This document shows, in pieces, positions 8,515-17,192 of a stretch of DNA of 37,947 bases. The stretch lies in assembly GCA_016934335.1 (NCBI GenBank), contig JAFGTC010000128.1, forward strand, positions 1 through 37,947, given 5' to 3'. The notes under the pieces are model-generated. The model was not told the DNA's origin and made no database searches. It was given only the letters and a program-made list of their open reading frames with translations. Position 1 is the stretch's first letter; the number at the start of each line of letters is the position of its first letter. Origin of the DNA: Candidatus Omnitrophota bacterium. Lineage in GTDB: Bacteria; Hinthialibacterota; Hinthialibacteria; Hinthialibacterales; Hinthialibacteraceae. Position numbers and translations under genes: made by a program.

Positions 8515-9819
8515 CTACGCCGACGATGCGGCGTCGATCTTTTTTTCCCGTTTCGCGCTCTGCGGGCACGTAGAGAAGCATCGACCGCAGGCCACGCATT
8601 CGGAGCGGTCGGCTTCATACTCGCTTCGCTCAGAAAACAGCGACAGAGCGATCAATTTGCATGCGAACACAAATCCGATAAATCCGCCTAAGATCCATCC
8701 GCCTAAGGCGAATTGTTCGCGCACTCGAAACGATTCTTCAAACAGATTTTCCTTGGAGAGCCCTTTCTCTCGAAACGACTTGCTGGCGTCGATCACGCCT
8801 TCGACTTGACCGGCGTCCTCCAAGGCGATGCGCTCCGCCAAGCGAACGGTAAAGTTCATCCGGGAAAAAGCGTCTCCCGCCCATGAAGCGCTCCATCCGC
8901 CGAGAGTAATGAGAATCGGCGCCAGCGCGATCAACAAAACAAGCCGCAGGCGATCTGTTCCGCCGGGAGCGGGCATTTCTTTCGGCGTAGGCGGCGTTAT
9001 CGCGCCGAAGGGGCAGGAGTCTTCGCATAACCGGCATTGGATGCAGTTGTCTTCAATAGGGCCGATCGTAACCCGCCATTGGGAGATTTTCGAAAGAAGC
9101 CGCAGGATAACGCTGTACGGGCACAAGTAAAGGCAGTAGGGCCGCCCGACAAAAAGCCCGATAACCAGAAGTGAAACGCCCAGAATAACGACGTTCATAT
9201 TGCCGGACAACCGGAAAAACGCAACGAAGGGATCGTACTCGCAGATGATGAAGGCGCTGCCCGTGGCGGCAAACAACACAGCCGCCCCCAGATATAGATA
9301 GGCGAGCATCCGGAGAGCGTGCTGCAGCCAAGGCGGAACAGAAATCGGCTTGATCAAAACCAAATCTTGCATCGCTCCCAGCGGACACACGCCCGCGCAA
9401 AACACCCGGCCGAAAAAGAGCGTAAAAATCAGCGGCAGAAAGAAGAAAACGGCGGCTGTCAAAGGAATGGAATAAGACTCGTCAAAAAGAGCGAGCGTGA
9501 CATTCTGAATGGCGCCGATCGAGCATATGCAGCCCTCGCGGATAAATCCAAAATAGATCAACGAAAATATCGTAAGCAGAAATATACCCTGGCGGCTGCG
9601 CCTCCTATAAACCAAATAGGAAGCGAGCGACAGCGCCGCCAGCAGAACGACGACATCCAAATACTGAAAAATTTCCGCCCGAGGAAGAGGCTTCTGAATT
9701 TGGGGAAAAACATAGCCGCTGTCAAAATCCGGCGGAGGAAAGCGCTCGATGTCCTGCGCAAAACAAGGCAGGCCGCTCAGAAGCGTGAGAATCAGCATGG
9801 CGGAAACAGAAAAAATCAT
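8515..9819 (-). CDS. NapH/MauN/NosR-family membrane polyferredoxin (atypical: the two [4Fe-4S] motifs are split by an extra TM insertion)
   Basis: Multiple TM helices. Two C-x3-C-P motifs (CAGVCPLGA, CLYLCPY) typical of NapH. Two ferredoxin motifs, CIQCRLCEDSCP and CVACGRCFSTCP, are separated by ~110 aa containing two more hydrophobic helices. The start overlaps the upstream gene's stop (ATGA, 9816-9819). Confidence 0.8.
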   Translation of the reverse strand: MIFSVSAMLILTLLSGLPCFAQDIERFPPPDFDSGYVFPQIQKPLPRAEIFQYLDVVVLLAALSLASYLVYRRRSRQGIFLLTIFSLIYFGFIREGCICSIGAIQNVTLALFDESYSIPLTAAVFFFLPLIFTLFFGRVFCAGVCPLGAMQDLVLIKPISVPPWLQHALRMLAYLYLGAAVLFAATGSAFIICEYDPFVAFFRLSGNMNVVILGVSLLVIGLFVGRPYCLYLCPYSVILRLLSKISQWRVTIGPIEDNCIQCRLCEDSCPFGAITPPTPKEMPAPGGTDRLRLVLLIALAPILITLGGWSASWAGDAFSRMNFTVRLAERIALEDAGQVEGVIDASKSFREKGLSKENLFEESFRVREQFALGGWILGGFIGFVFACKLIALSLFSERSEYEADRSECVACGRCFSTCPQSAKREKKIDAASSA

Positions 9820-10400
9820 GCGCTATGGTTCTTTCCTTTCAGTCGGTAGGGATTCTCCACAGGCGTACGAATGAAAGCTTCTGACGGGCAGGCGACCGCG
9901 ATGGCGCACTCGTTGCAGTTCAAGCATCGATCGTGGCGAACCTGTAGATACAGCGATCCGTTGCCGAACGCCTTGCATCCCACAACGCATTTTCCGCAGC
10001 CGATGCACAGGCTCTCGTCAATTTTGTATTCGTAATAGGGATCTTCCAGAAACGTGCGGATAATAGCGCCTGTAGGACAAAGTTGATTCTCCGCGCCGGT
10101 ATTGAGCGCCTGGGGCGCGGGATCGAAAAAGGCGGTGCATAGCTTGCAGTATCCGCACATTTCAAACGTATTGACGCATTTAACGGCCGACTCTTCCAAG
10201 ACGCAATAGGTCGCGCAATTCCCACAGGCGATGCACTTGTACGGATCGATCTGCCAGCAATACTGCTGCGCTTGAGCGCGCCCGATCAAAAATCCGAAAG
10301 CGCCGCCCATTCCCAAAAGCCCGGCGCTTCGCAACGCATCCTGCAGAAGACTGCGCCGGTTCATTTCTTTTCGGGATTCACCCATGATTTGACTCCTCAT
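9816..10400 (-). CDS. NapG/MauM-like periplasmic polyferredoxin with twin-arginine signal
   Basis: Tat motif NRRSLLQDALRSAGLLGMGGA. Four Cys clusters of 4Fe-4S type (CIACGNCATYC, CGYCKLC, CIGCGKCVVGC, CLNCNECAIAVACP). GAGGAG lies 3 nt before the ATG at 10400. An alternative start is the Met at 10364. Confidence 0.8.
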   Translation of the reverse strand: MRSQIMGESRKEMNRRSLLQDALRSAGLLGMGGAFGFLIGRAQAQQYCWQIDPYKCIACGNCATYCVLEESAVKCVNTFEMCGYCKLCTAFFDPAPQALNTGAENQLCPTGAIIRTFLEDPYYEYKIDESLCIGCGKCVVGCKAFGNGSLYLQVRHDRCLNCNECAIAVACPSEAFIRTPVENPYRLKGKNHSA

Positions 10401-10617
10401 CCCTTCGCTTGAAAGACAGCGCCTGGGGCAGCGAGCAGCGATCGTAGATTCGGCAGCCGCGGCAGGCGTTCAGAGCGGCGCAAGGTTCAGAAGCATCACG
10501 CGTTTTCTTTCGGATCATCGCAATGCACGCCAGGTAGGCCATCACGGCTATGGAAGCGCAACGGCAGGCGGTTCGCATAAATTCACGCCGGCTTTGGAGA
10601 TTTTCCTGCTTGCTCAT
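10378..10617 (-). CDS. Small ORF: Tat-motif plus one hydrophobic helix plus four-Cys tail (hypothetical)
   Basis: 79-81 aa. SRREFMR matches the S/T-R-R-x-F-L-K Tat consensus and is followed by a hydrophobic stretch (TACRCASIAVMAYLACIAMI). The C-terminal tail is CAALNACRGCRIYDRC (C-x5-C-x2-C-x5-C). AGGGAA lies 6 nt before the second Met (10617). The 3' end overlaps the NapG-like start by 23 nt. A promoter-like TATGATAAT sits about 45 nt upstream on the minus strand. Confidence 0.4.
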   Translation of the reverse strand: MSKQENLQSRREFMRTACRCASIAVMAYLACIAMIRKKTRDASEPCAALNACRGCRIYDRCSLPQALSFKRRDEESNHG

Positions 10618-10822
10618 GATCATTTCCCTGTCTTGAATTGATCTGCATGCTCGATTGTATTATCATACATAATTTTCCGCATAAAAAAATCCCCAACAAC
10701 ATACGTAAAATTAAACAATGGTTTAATTTAGATTGGTAAAGGGAGATGTTTTTTTTTAAGAATAATACAAGATGGTTGGCAGATTTTTCTTTATCGAGAG
10801 AACGGCTTATCCGTATGGCGGC

Positions 10823-11365
10823 TTAATCGCGTTGATTGTCCTTCAAAGACAGCAGTTTTTGCAGCGCTTCTTCAAACTGATACTGCGTCTGATCCAAATA
10901 CGCATAGACTTCATCGACATAGCCGTCCGTAGACGCCGACCAGATGCGATTCAGATAGCGCTCGCCGGCGGCGAAATAACTCATAACGTCAGCGTAATTC
11001 TGAATCCCATAAAGATAGGTCAGACTCTTTCGGGATTGAACAAAACGATCAAGATCTTCCACAAACAAACGATCGATCTCTCTATGCACATTGTGTGGAT
11101 CCATAGATTCCTTATCCGCGTTCAAGCGGGAAATCTTCTCGACGATATTGCGCAGACTCGATTCGAGAATCTCGGACGACTCGCTGAGGACCTCTGTAGA
11201 TTGCCGAACCTCCGACTCGCCTTGTCGAATCAACACGATTCCCAGCACGGAAGCCAAAAACGCCGTTCCGTATACCGCCCATTGAACATTCTGCACATTC
11301 TGCACGGCGGAAGCCGAGCACGCCAGAAATCCTATCGAAACAAAAATAACGCCCATGGTTTTCAT
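10823..11365 (-). CDS. Hypothetical membrane protein (two N-terminal TM helices plus soluble domain)
   Basis: 180-aa ORF. Hydrophobic segments VIFVSIGFLACSASAV and WAVYGTAFLASVLGIVLI are followed by a charged soluble domain. No family was recognised. It lies immediately downstream of the OPT transporter on the same strand. Confidence 0.5.
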   Translation of the reverse strand: MKTMGVIFVSIGFLACSASAVQNVQNVQWAVYGTAFLASVLGIVLIRQGESEVRQSTEVLSESSEILESSLRNIVEKISRLNADKESMDPHNVHREIDRLFVEDLDRFVQSRKSLTYLYGIQNYADVMSYFAAGERYLNRIWSASTDGYVDEVYAYLDQTQYQFEEALQKLLSLKDNQRD

Positions 11366-11384
11366 GATGCATCTCCCGCCGTTC

Positions 11385-13121
11385 TCAGGCGCTGAACACG
11401 TAATACAAAGCGAACCCTACGCCGACCAGCGCTTCGCCGACAATAAATCCGGCGGCGGTCGGAATCCCGACGTCTTCACAAAAACGCACGCCCGCCTTCT
11501 TTTCCATCACGATGCGAAGAACCGTTCCGATGCTGTACGTCAACACAATGTTAAAGGGCAAATAAAATCCCAGCCCCACCAGGATGCCCAAGCCTCCGAT
11601 GCCCGTGCTGCTTAACACGGCGCCAATGCCCGCGCCGGCCGCATATTTTTGCACGGGAACTTCGCCCCCCAAAATTCCCTCAATCATGCTCGCCAAAGCC
11701 TGCCCCTGCGGCGCTGGAAGGCGTTCGCTGCCCAGGCCGTAAGCGCGATGCAGAACAAAGATAAGCGACATGATGACGATGGGCCCCAGCCATGTGCCCA
11801 GAAATTGTCCGATCTGCTGCATGCGGGGAGTAGCGCCTACCAGGTAGCCGGTCTTCAAATCCAGCATCAAATCCGTCGCCTGCGACATCGCTACGCAGGC
11901 GGCCGCTCCCACCATGATCGATGTCACAATGGCCGCGGGATTGTCCATGCCCCGGCAGATAATGATAAAAATAGTGATGGCGATCAGCGTCATTCCGCTC
12001 AAGGGCGACCAGTTGGTGCGCCCGATGCACTCCGATAAAATCACGCCCGCCATCCAGATCCACAATGTACCGAGCACGGCGATCAAGCCGCCGCGCAGCA
12101 GCCCCACTTCCTGCGTCGATGTCACGGCCATAGTAAAAAGAAGAACAAACGCAACGGCGACGGCGATATACAGAAAACGAATGGGCAGTTCATCTTTGGA
12201 ATGCGCCACTTGCAGTTTGGACGCATTCTGCATGCTTCGCACGGCGCTCACCACCAGAGGAAGAGCCCACAAGATGCCGGCGACGGCCCCGCCGATCAAC
12301 ATGCCGATGCCCACCGGCCGGAATAACTGAATGCGCAGGTAATTGGGCATGCTGATTTCGGCGATAGCAAGCGCTTCCTGCGAGGGGATCCAACCCATGA
12401 ATGCCAGATAAGGCGCCAGAATCCAGTAGCAGACATAACCGCCGACGATGAAAAAGAAGCCGCCCTTGCCCGCGATAAATCCGACGCCGACGGTCAGCAA
12501 GGATAGATACCAGACGCCGTTCATATAATCGGGCATGCCGATCAACGCGCCCGCATCCCAATCTTCAACGCCGTGCCATTGGCAGAAAAAATGGAGCAAA
12601 GCGCTGAGAACGGCGCCGCCGACCAGATACAAAGCTTTCTGAATTCCCGCGCCCGGCGATTTTAAAATGGAGGCAACCGCCACGCCGCCTGGGTACGTCA
12701 GGCGCTCGAAATCGATCATCTGTTTGCGCAGAGGGATGATGAACGCGATCCCCAAAACGCCCCCCGCTATGCAGGCGAAGACCATCAAGACGGCGTTGAA
12801 CTGAGTTTGCCCCAGAATAAACAAGGCGGGAACAGAAAACATCATTCCCGCCGACGCACCATTGACCGCGCTGGCGATGGTCTGATTGATGTTGTTTTCG
12901 ATGATGCTGTTGCGGCGAAGCAGCCCCCGCAAAATCCCAAATCCCAAAATGGCCGCCAATTCCGATCCCTCAATGGAAAATCCTAAAATCAGACTGGCGT
13001 ATCCGATGCTGACGGCGATTAACGTTCCGAGAAAATATCCCACCAGAACGGCAGTAACCGTCAGTTCTGGATAGGCGCCGCGATAGATTCGCTTGGAACT
13101 GGGATGTTTTATGTTGGACAT
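11385..13121 (-). CDS. OPT-family oligopeptide transporter
   Basis: 578 aa, about 14-16 TM helices. The N-terminal region (YRGAYPELTVTAVLVGYFLGTLIAVSIGYASLILGFSIEGSELAAILGFGILRG...NNINQTIASAVNGASAGMMFSVPALFILGQ) matches the bacterial OPT superfamily signature. Confidence 0.8.
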   Translation of the reverse strand: MSNIKHPSSKRIYRGAYPELTVTAVLVGYFLGTLIAVSIGYASLILGFSIEGSELAAILGFGILRGLLRRNSIIENNINQTIASAVNGASAGMMFSVPALFILGQTQFNAVLMVFACIAGGVLGIAFIIPLRKQMIDFERLTYPGGVAVASILKSPGAGIQKALYLVGGAVLSALLHFFCQWHGVEDWDAGALIGMPDYMNGVWYLSLLTVGVGFIAGKGGFFFIVGGYVCYWILAPYLAFMGWIPSQEALAIAEISMPNYLRIQLFRPVGIGMLIGGAVAGILWALPLVVSAVRSMQNASKLQVAHSKDELPIRFLYIAVAVAFVLLFTMAVTSTQEVGLLRGGLIAVLGTLWIWMAGVILSECIGRTNWSPLSGMTLIAITIFIIICRGMDNPAAIVTSIMVGAAACVAMSQATDLMLDLKTGYLVGATPRMQQIGQFLGTWLGPIVIMSLIFVLHRAYGLGSERLPAPQGQALASMIEGILGGEVPVQKYAAGAGIGAVLSSTGIGGLGILVGLGFYLPFNIVLTYSIGTVLRIVMEKKAGVRFCEDVGIPTAAGFIVGEALVGVGFALYYVFSA

Positions 13122-13309
13122 ATTTACTGAACCAAGAATATGAAATTACGATCGTTTTTAACAAAGAAACTACTATTTTGCAGAAAAATGCCTGATATTC
13201 CTAGTGCCGCAAAATCCTATCCTGACAATTCATCTAACTTGATCGATAGAAGAATGAGTTGCACAATTGCTATTCACAAGTCTTGTCATGTAAGAAAAAG
13301 GATAAATAA

Positions 13310-13687
13310 ATGGTTTTATACATATTCAACTGCAAACCGCAATTTCCCATCATCTGTGATGTTGACGGATATGTAATCGCCGCAAAATCAGAAAAATCAT
13401 TTGAGAAGTATATCGCCCGCGCCCCCTTAAAGCCTGATTCTTTTTATCCTGTTATCGATTGTAATGGACGTAGTTGGCGATTCTACGGAGACAGAGACGT
13501 TATTTCTCCAATTACGTTCAAAAGGAGATGGTCTAAAAAAGAAGTCATCGCCGTCTTCAACAATCGGATAAACTTCTCCAACGAAAAGAGGCTGTACAGC
13601 GAAAAATCGCTTTCCAGTAAACGTTATGATAGAATCTTTCGCGAAATCGTCGACTTGATCCTTTCCGAATTGAAACAATCCTCCTAA
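13310..13687 (+). CDS. Hypothetical Lys-rich 125-aa protein inside a low-GC islet (ORFan candidate)
   Basis: The only sizeable ORF in the roughly 40% GC segment 13122-13750. AAGGA lies 9 nt before the ATG. No recognisable motif. A GC-rich hairpin follows directly. Confidence 0.35.
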   Translation: MVLYIFNCKPQFPIICDVDGYVIAAKSEKSFEKYIARAPLKPDSFYPVIDCNGRSWRFYGDRDVISPITFKRRWSKKEVIAVFNNRINFSNEKRLYSEKSLSSKRYDRIFREIVDLILSELKQSS

Positions 13688-13693
13688 AAGGAA

Positions 13694-13719
13694 CAGGGCG
13701 GCTCCAATGAACCGCCCTG
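13694..13719. terminator. Bidirectional hairpin terminator (fabF on the minus strand; ORF 13310-13687 on the plus strand)
   Basis: CAGGGCGG-ctccaatgaa-CCGCCCTG is a perfect 8-bp stem. On the minus strand it is followed by TTCCTTTTAGG. Confidence 0.5.
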
Positions 13720-13755
13720 CTAAAATCCAGATCGAATCACAACGATTCGAATTTC

Positions 13756-14991
13756 TTAAAACTTTTTCAATACTAAAACGGCGTTATGCCCCCCGAAGCC
13801 GAACGAGTTGGACATGACGGTTTGAATCGCCTGCTCGCGCGCTTCATTGGGAACATAATCCAAATCGCATTCCGGATCGGGCTCGCGATAATTGATCGTG
13901 GGAGGAATAAGACTTTCTTGCACAGCGCGAACGCAGATGACAAACTCGACGGCCCCGGCCGCGCCCAGCAAGTGCCCCGTCATGGACTTCGTCGAACTAA
14001 CGGGAATCTTGGAGGCGCGCTCCCCAAAGAGGGATTTAATAGCCACGGTTTCGAATTTATCGTTGTAGGGCGTAGACGTTCCATGCGCATTGATGTAATC
14101 CAGATCGTCCAATCCCACTTGCGCATCTTCCAGAGCCAGGCTCATGGCCAGCCGCGCGCCGCGGCCTTCCGGATCCGGCATGGTGATGTGATGAGCGTCC
14201 CCGGACATGCCGAAGCCGACCAGTTCGGCGTAAATCGCCGCGCCTCGCTTTTTGGCATGCTCCAGTTCCTCCAAAATCACAACGCCGGCGCCTTCCCCCA
14301 TGATGAATCCATCCCGGGTTTTTTCGAAGGGGCGGCTGGCGGTTTCCGGTTCATCGTTATGGCCGGTCAATGCGCGCATCGAACAGAAACCGCCGAATCC
14401 CAAGGGTGTCAAAGCCGCTTCGGTCCCGCCGGCCACCATGACGTCGGCCTCATTATTCTGAATCAGGCGCATAGCTTCTCCGATGGAATGATTGCCGGTC
14501 GCGCAGGCCGTAACAACGCTTGTGTTAGGACCGTGAAAGCCATAACGCATCGACACCAACCCGGAAGCCATGTTGACAATCATCATGGGAATCAGGTGGG
14601 GGCTGACGCGCCGAGGCCCCTTGTTCATCAAGTTTTCTTTCTGCGCTTCCAGCGTCGTGATGCCGCCTATCCCCGAACCGATAATGACGCCCACTCGATT
14701 CGGATCAATTGAACCGGCTTCCAAACCGGCGTTCTCCACCGCCTCCGCCGCCGAAATGATGGCGTACTGGCAGAAAAGATCGGTTTTCTCCACTTCCTTG
14801 GCGGAGATGATCGGTTCAGGATTAAACTCTTTCACTTCAGCGGCCACTTTGGAGTTGTATTTCTCCACATCAAAACGAGTGACCGGCCCCGTTCCAGAGC
14901 GTCCATTCTTGATCGAATCCCAGAGAGATTCGACATTATTTCCAACGGGAGAAACAGCTCCCATACCCGTAACAACAACACGACGAGACAT
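13756..14991 (-). CDS. fabF: Beta-ketoacyl-ACP synthase II
   Basis: 411 aa. VVVTGMGAVSPVGN at the N-terminus, the active-site region SVVTACATG, HGTSTPYND and the C-terminal NSFGFGGHNAVLV. Confidence 0.95.
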   Translation of the reverse strand: MSRRVVVTGMGAVSPVGNNVESLWDSIKNGRSGTGPVTRFDVEKYNSKVAAEVKEFNPEPIISAKEVEKTDLFCQYAIISAAEAVENAGLEAGSIDPNRVGVIIGSGIGGITTLEAQKENLMNKGPRRVSPHLIPMMIVNMASGLVSMRYGFHGPNTSVVTACATGNHSIGEAMRLIQNNEADVMVAGGTEAALTPLGFGGFCSMRALTGHNDEPETASRPFEKTRDGFIMGEGAGVVILEELEHAKKRGAAIYAELVGFGMSGDAHHITMPDPEGRGARLAMSLALEDAQVGLDDLDYINAHGTSTPYNDKFETVAIKSLFGERASKIPVSSTKSMTGHLLGAAGAVEFVICVRAVQESLIPPTINYREPDPECDLDYVPNEAREQAIQTVMSNSFGFGGHNAVLVLKKF

Positions 14992-15021
14992 GTATCTCTA
15001 TCTCCTGCTTTTTTCCCTTGA

Positions 15022-15264
15022 TTACGACACTTTCTTCTTTAAATACTCAATCGCGTCGCCGACGGTTTTGATTTGCTCCGCTTCTTCTTCGGGAATTTCA
15101 TCGATGCCGAAATTCTCTTCAAATTCCATTACCAACTCGACCGTATCCAAGGAATCGGCGCCCAAATCTCGGGTAAAAGATTTTTCCGGGGTTATCTCAT
15201 CCTTATCCACTTTGAGTTTTTCTGCGATAATGTCAATCACTTTGGCTTCAATATTTTCGCTCAC
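15022..15264 (-). CDS. acpP: Acyl carrier protein
   Basis: 80 aa. [18 protein letters not shown] contains the phosphopantetheine-attachment Ser. Confidence 0.95.
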   Translation of the reverse strand: MSENIEAKVIDIIAEKLKVDKDEITPEKSFTRDLGADSLDTVELVMEFEENFGIDEIPEEEAEQIKTVGDAIEYLKKKVS

Positions 15265-15320
15265 GAACTGAACCTCCTTGGCTTCTTATTCATTGGGTGT
15301 ACTTGTGTACTGATTTAATG

Positions 15321-15340
15321 AAAGCCGCTCAGGCGGCTTT
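15321..15340 (-). terminator. Stem-loop between fabG and acpP (partial terminator or mRNA-processing hairpin candidate)
   Basis: AAAGCCGC-tcag-GCGGCTTT is a perfect 8-bp stem immediately 3' of the fabG stop. No long U-run follows. Confidence 0.35.
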
Positions 15341-15346
15341 ATGACT

Positions 15347-16105
15347 TTACATATTCAGACCGCCGTCGACTACGACAACCTGCCCCGTAATATAAGCGGC
15401 CTGCTCGGACGCCAGAAATCCGATCGCCGAGGCGACTTCAGCGGGCTTCCCATAGCGCTTCATGGGAACGACGCTTAACACCGCCTTCTGCGCCTCTTCG
15501 GTCATGGCTTCCGTCATTTTCGTTTCGATAAAGCCGGGCGCAACCGCATTGACGGTCACCCCGCGCGACGCCAGCTCTTTGGCCAGCGACTTCGTCATCC
15601 CGATGACGCCCGCTTTGCTGGCGGCGTAGTTGGCCTGACCGGCGTTGCCCATCATCCCCACGACCGACGCCACGTTCACAATCCGCCCCGCCCTCGCGCG
15701 CATCATGTATTTGGCCGCGGCGCGGGCCATATAAAATGAGCCGGTCAGATTGACCTGCAGGACCATCTCCCAATCGGCGTCCTTCATGCGAATGGCCAGC
15801 CCGTCACGCGTAATCCCCGCATTATTAACCAAAATATCGATCTTTTCAAACTGTTCGACGCAGGAATCGACGGCTTTTTGCGCACTCTCCGAATTGGAAA
15901 TATCCGCCGCGCACGACTCGACTTCCAATCCCTGCTCTTTCAAAATTTGCACCGTTTCATTCAATCCTTTTTCATCGACGTCGACTAGAAACAACTTCGC
16001 TCCCCGCTCCGCGAGATAATTCGCCGTCTCCAACCCGATGCCGCGCGAACCGCCTGTCACCAAGGCGACTTTTCCATCCAATCGAAATGCCATCGTATTC
16101 CTCAT
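15347..16105 (-). CDS. fabG: 3-oxoacyl-ACP reductase
   Basis: 252 aa SDR. ALVTGGSRGIG, NNAG, the catalytic YAASKAG and a PGFIET segment. Confidence 0.95.
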   Translation of the reverse strand: MRNTMAFRLDGKVALVTGGSRGIGLETANYLAERGAKLFLVDVDEKGLNETVQILKEQGLEVESCAADISNSESAQKAVDSCVEQFEKIDILVNNAGITRDGLAIRMKDADWEMVLQVNLTGSFYMARAAAKYMMRARAGRIVNVASVVGMMGNAGQANYAASKAGVIGMTKSLAKELASRGVTVNAVAPGFIETKMTEAMTEEAQKAVLSVVPMKRYGKPAEVASAIGFLASEQAAYITGQVVVVDGGLNM

Positions 16106-16153
16106 AGATAAGATATTTTTCAGATTCTATAAACAACTAATATTCGAAAAAAA

Positions 16154-17080
16154 CTAGTCTTCGAAAATTCGACTCAGCGCTTCTTTGATTCCCTCTACCG
16201 AGTCCGTGCTGCAACAGGGAAAGTCGGGGAGGCAAGCCTTTACAAGCCCTTTGAGCACTTCTCCCGGACCGACTTCTACGGCGAGATCGCATTCCTTTTG
16301 AACGACATCCATCGAATCGACCCAACGCACCGGCTCGCAGAACTGCTTGACGATATGCTCGCGCACGCCGGCGGCGTCCACGACCGCCTTTGCCGTATTA
16401 TTCGATATCCAGGGAATGCGAAGATCTTGAATCTCGATCCGCTCCAGAAATTCGGCGAACTGCTGCTGCGCCTCCTTCATCAGCGGAGAATGAAATGCGC
16501 CGCTGACCTTCAACGGCAGGACGCGCCGCGCTCCTTTTTCCTTCAATACCGGCGCGACCGCTTGAACCGCTTCGGGTTCGCCGGTGATAACCGTCTGTTT
16601 GGGCGAGTTAAAGTTCGCCGCGCGAACCACGCCCTCCGGCCACTCTTCGCAGACCAATTCCACAATCTCCGGGGCCAACCCCAGAACCGCCGCCATGGCG
16701 CCGGGCTTCGAAGTTTCATGCATCAAGCGCGCCCGCTCCGCGATCACGCGCAGCCCCGTTTCAAAATCCCATGCGCCCGCTGCCGTCAAAGCGGCGAACT
16801 CGCCGGCGCTGTGCCCCGCCGTCAAATGGGGCGCCGCGTTCGCTTCGATCAGCGCCTCTGCGATGACGCAGCTGACTATATAAATGCAGGGCTGCGTATA
16901 AATCGTTATATTGAGATCGCTTTTCTTTTCCGGTTGAGAAAGTTCCGCAGGCGGCCAGCCTAAAACTTTCTGCGCGATTTCATATCGCTCGCGAAAGACC
17001 GGGCTCCATTCGATAAAATCAAGACCCATGCCCTCATGCTGCGATCCTTGTCCGGAAAATAAAAAAGCCAATCGTTTCAT
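16154..17080 (-). CDS. fabD: Malonyl-CoA:ACP transacylase
   Basis: LFSGQGSQHEGMG and the GHSAGE active-site motif. Confidence 0.95.
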   Translation of the reverse strand: MKRLAFLFSGQGSQHEGMGLDFIEWSPVFRERYEIAQKVLGWPPAELSQPEKKSDLNITIYTQPCIYIVSCVIAEALIEANAAPHLTAGHSAGEFAALTAAGAWDFETGLRVIAERARLMHETSKPGAMAAVLGLAPEIVELVCEEWPEGVVRAANFNSPKQTVITGEPEAVQAVAPVLKEKGARRVLPLKVSGAFHSPLMKEAQQQFAEFLERIEIQDLRIPWISNNTAKAVVDAAGVREHIVKQFCEPVRWVDSMDVVQKECDLAVEVGPGEVLKGLVKACLPDFPCCSTDSVEGIKEALSRIFED

Positions 17081-17192
17081 ATTGATTTTTCCAATAACGG
17101 TTTAGCTGAATCGATCCCTGTTCGAGTTTTTTACTAAAAAAGGGAAGCATTCCGGATGCCCTGGGAATCGTTCCCGCAATAAAAGCAATCCG

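Noticed and set aside
10740-10762. Run of 9-10 T at about 10751-10760 as a + strand terminator
   Set aside because: There is no preceding GC hairpin and no + strand gene ends nearby. It more likely belongs to the AT-rich promoter/UP-element region of the minus-strand NapG-like operon.
13786-14712. 308-aa + strand ORF
   Set aside because: It lies entirely inside the unmistakable fabF gene on the opposite strand. It is a GC-driven antisense frame.
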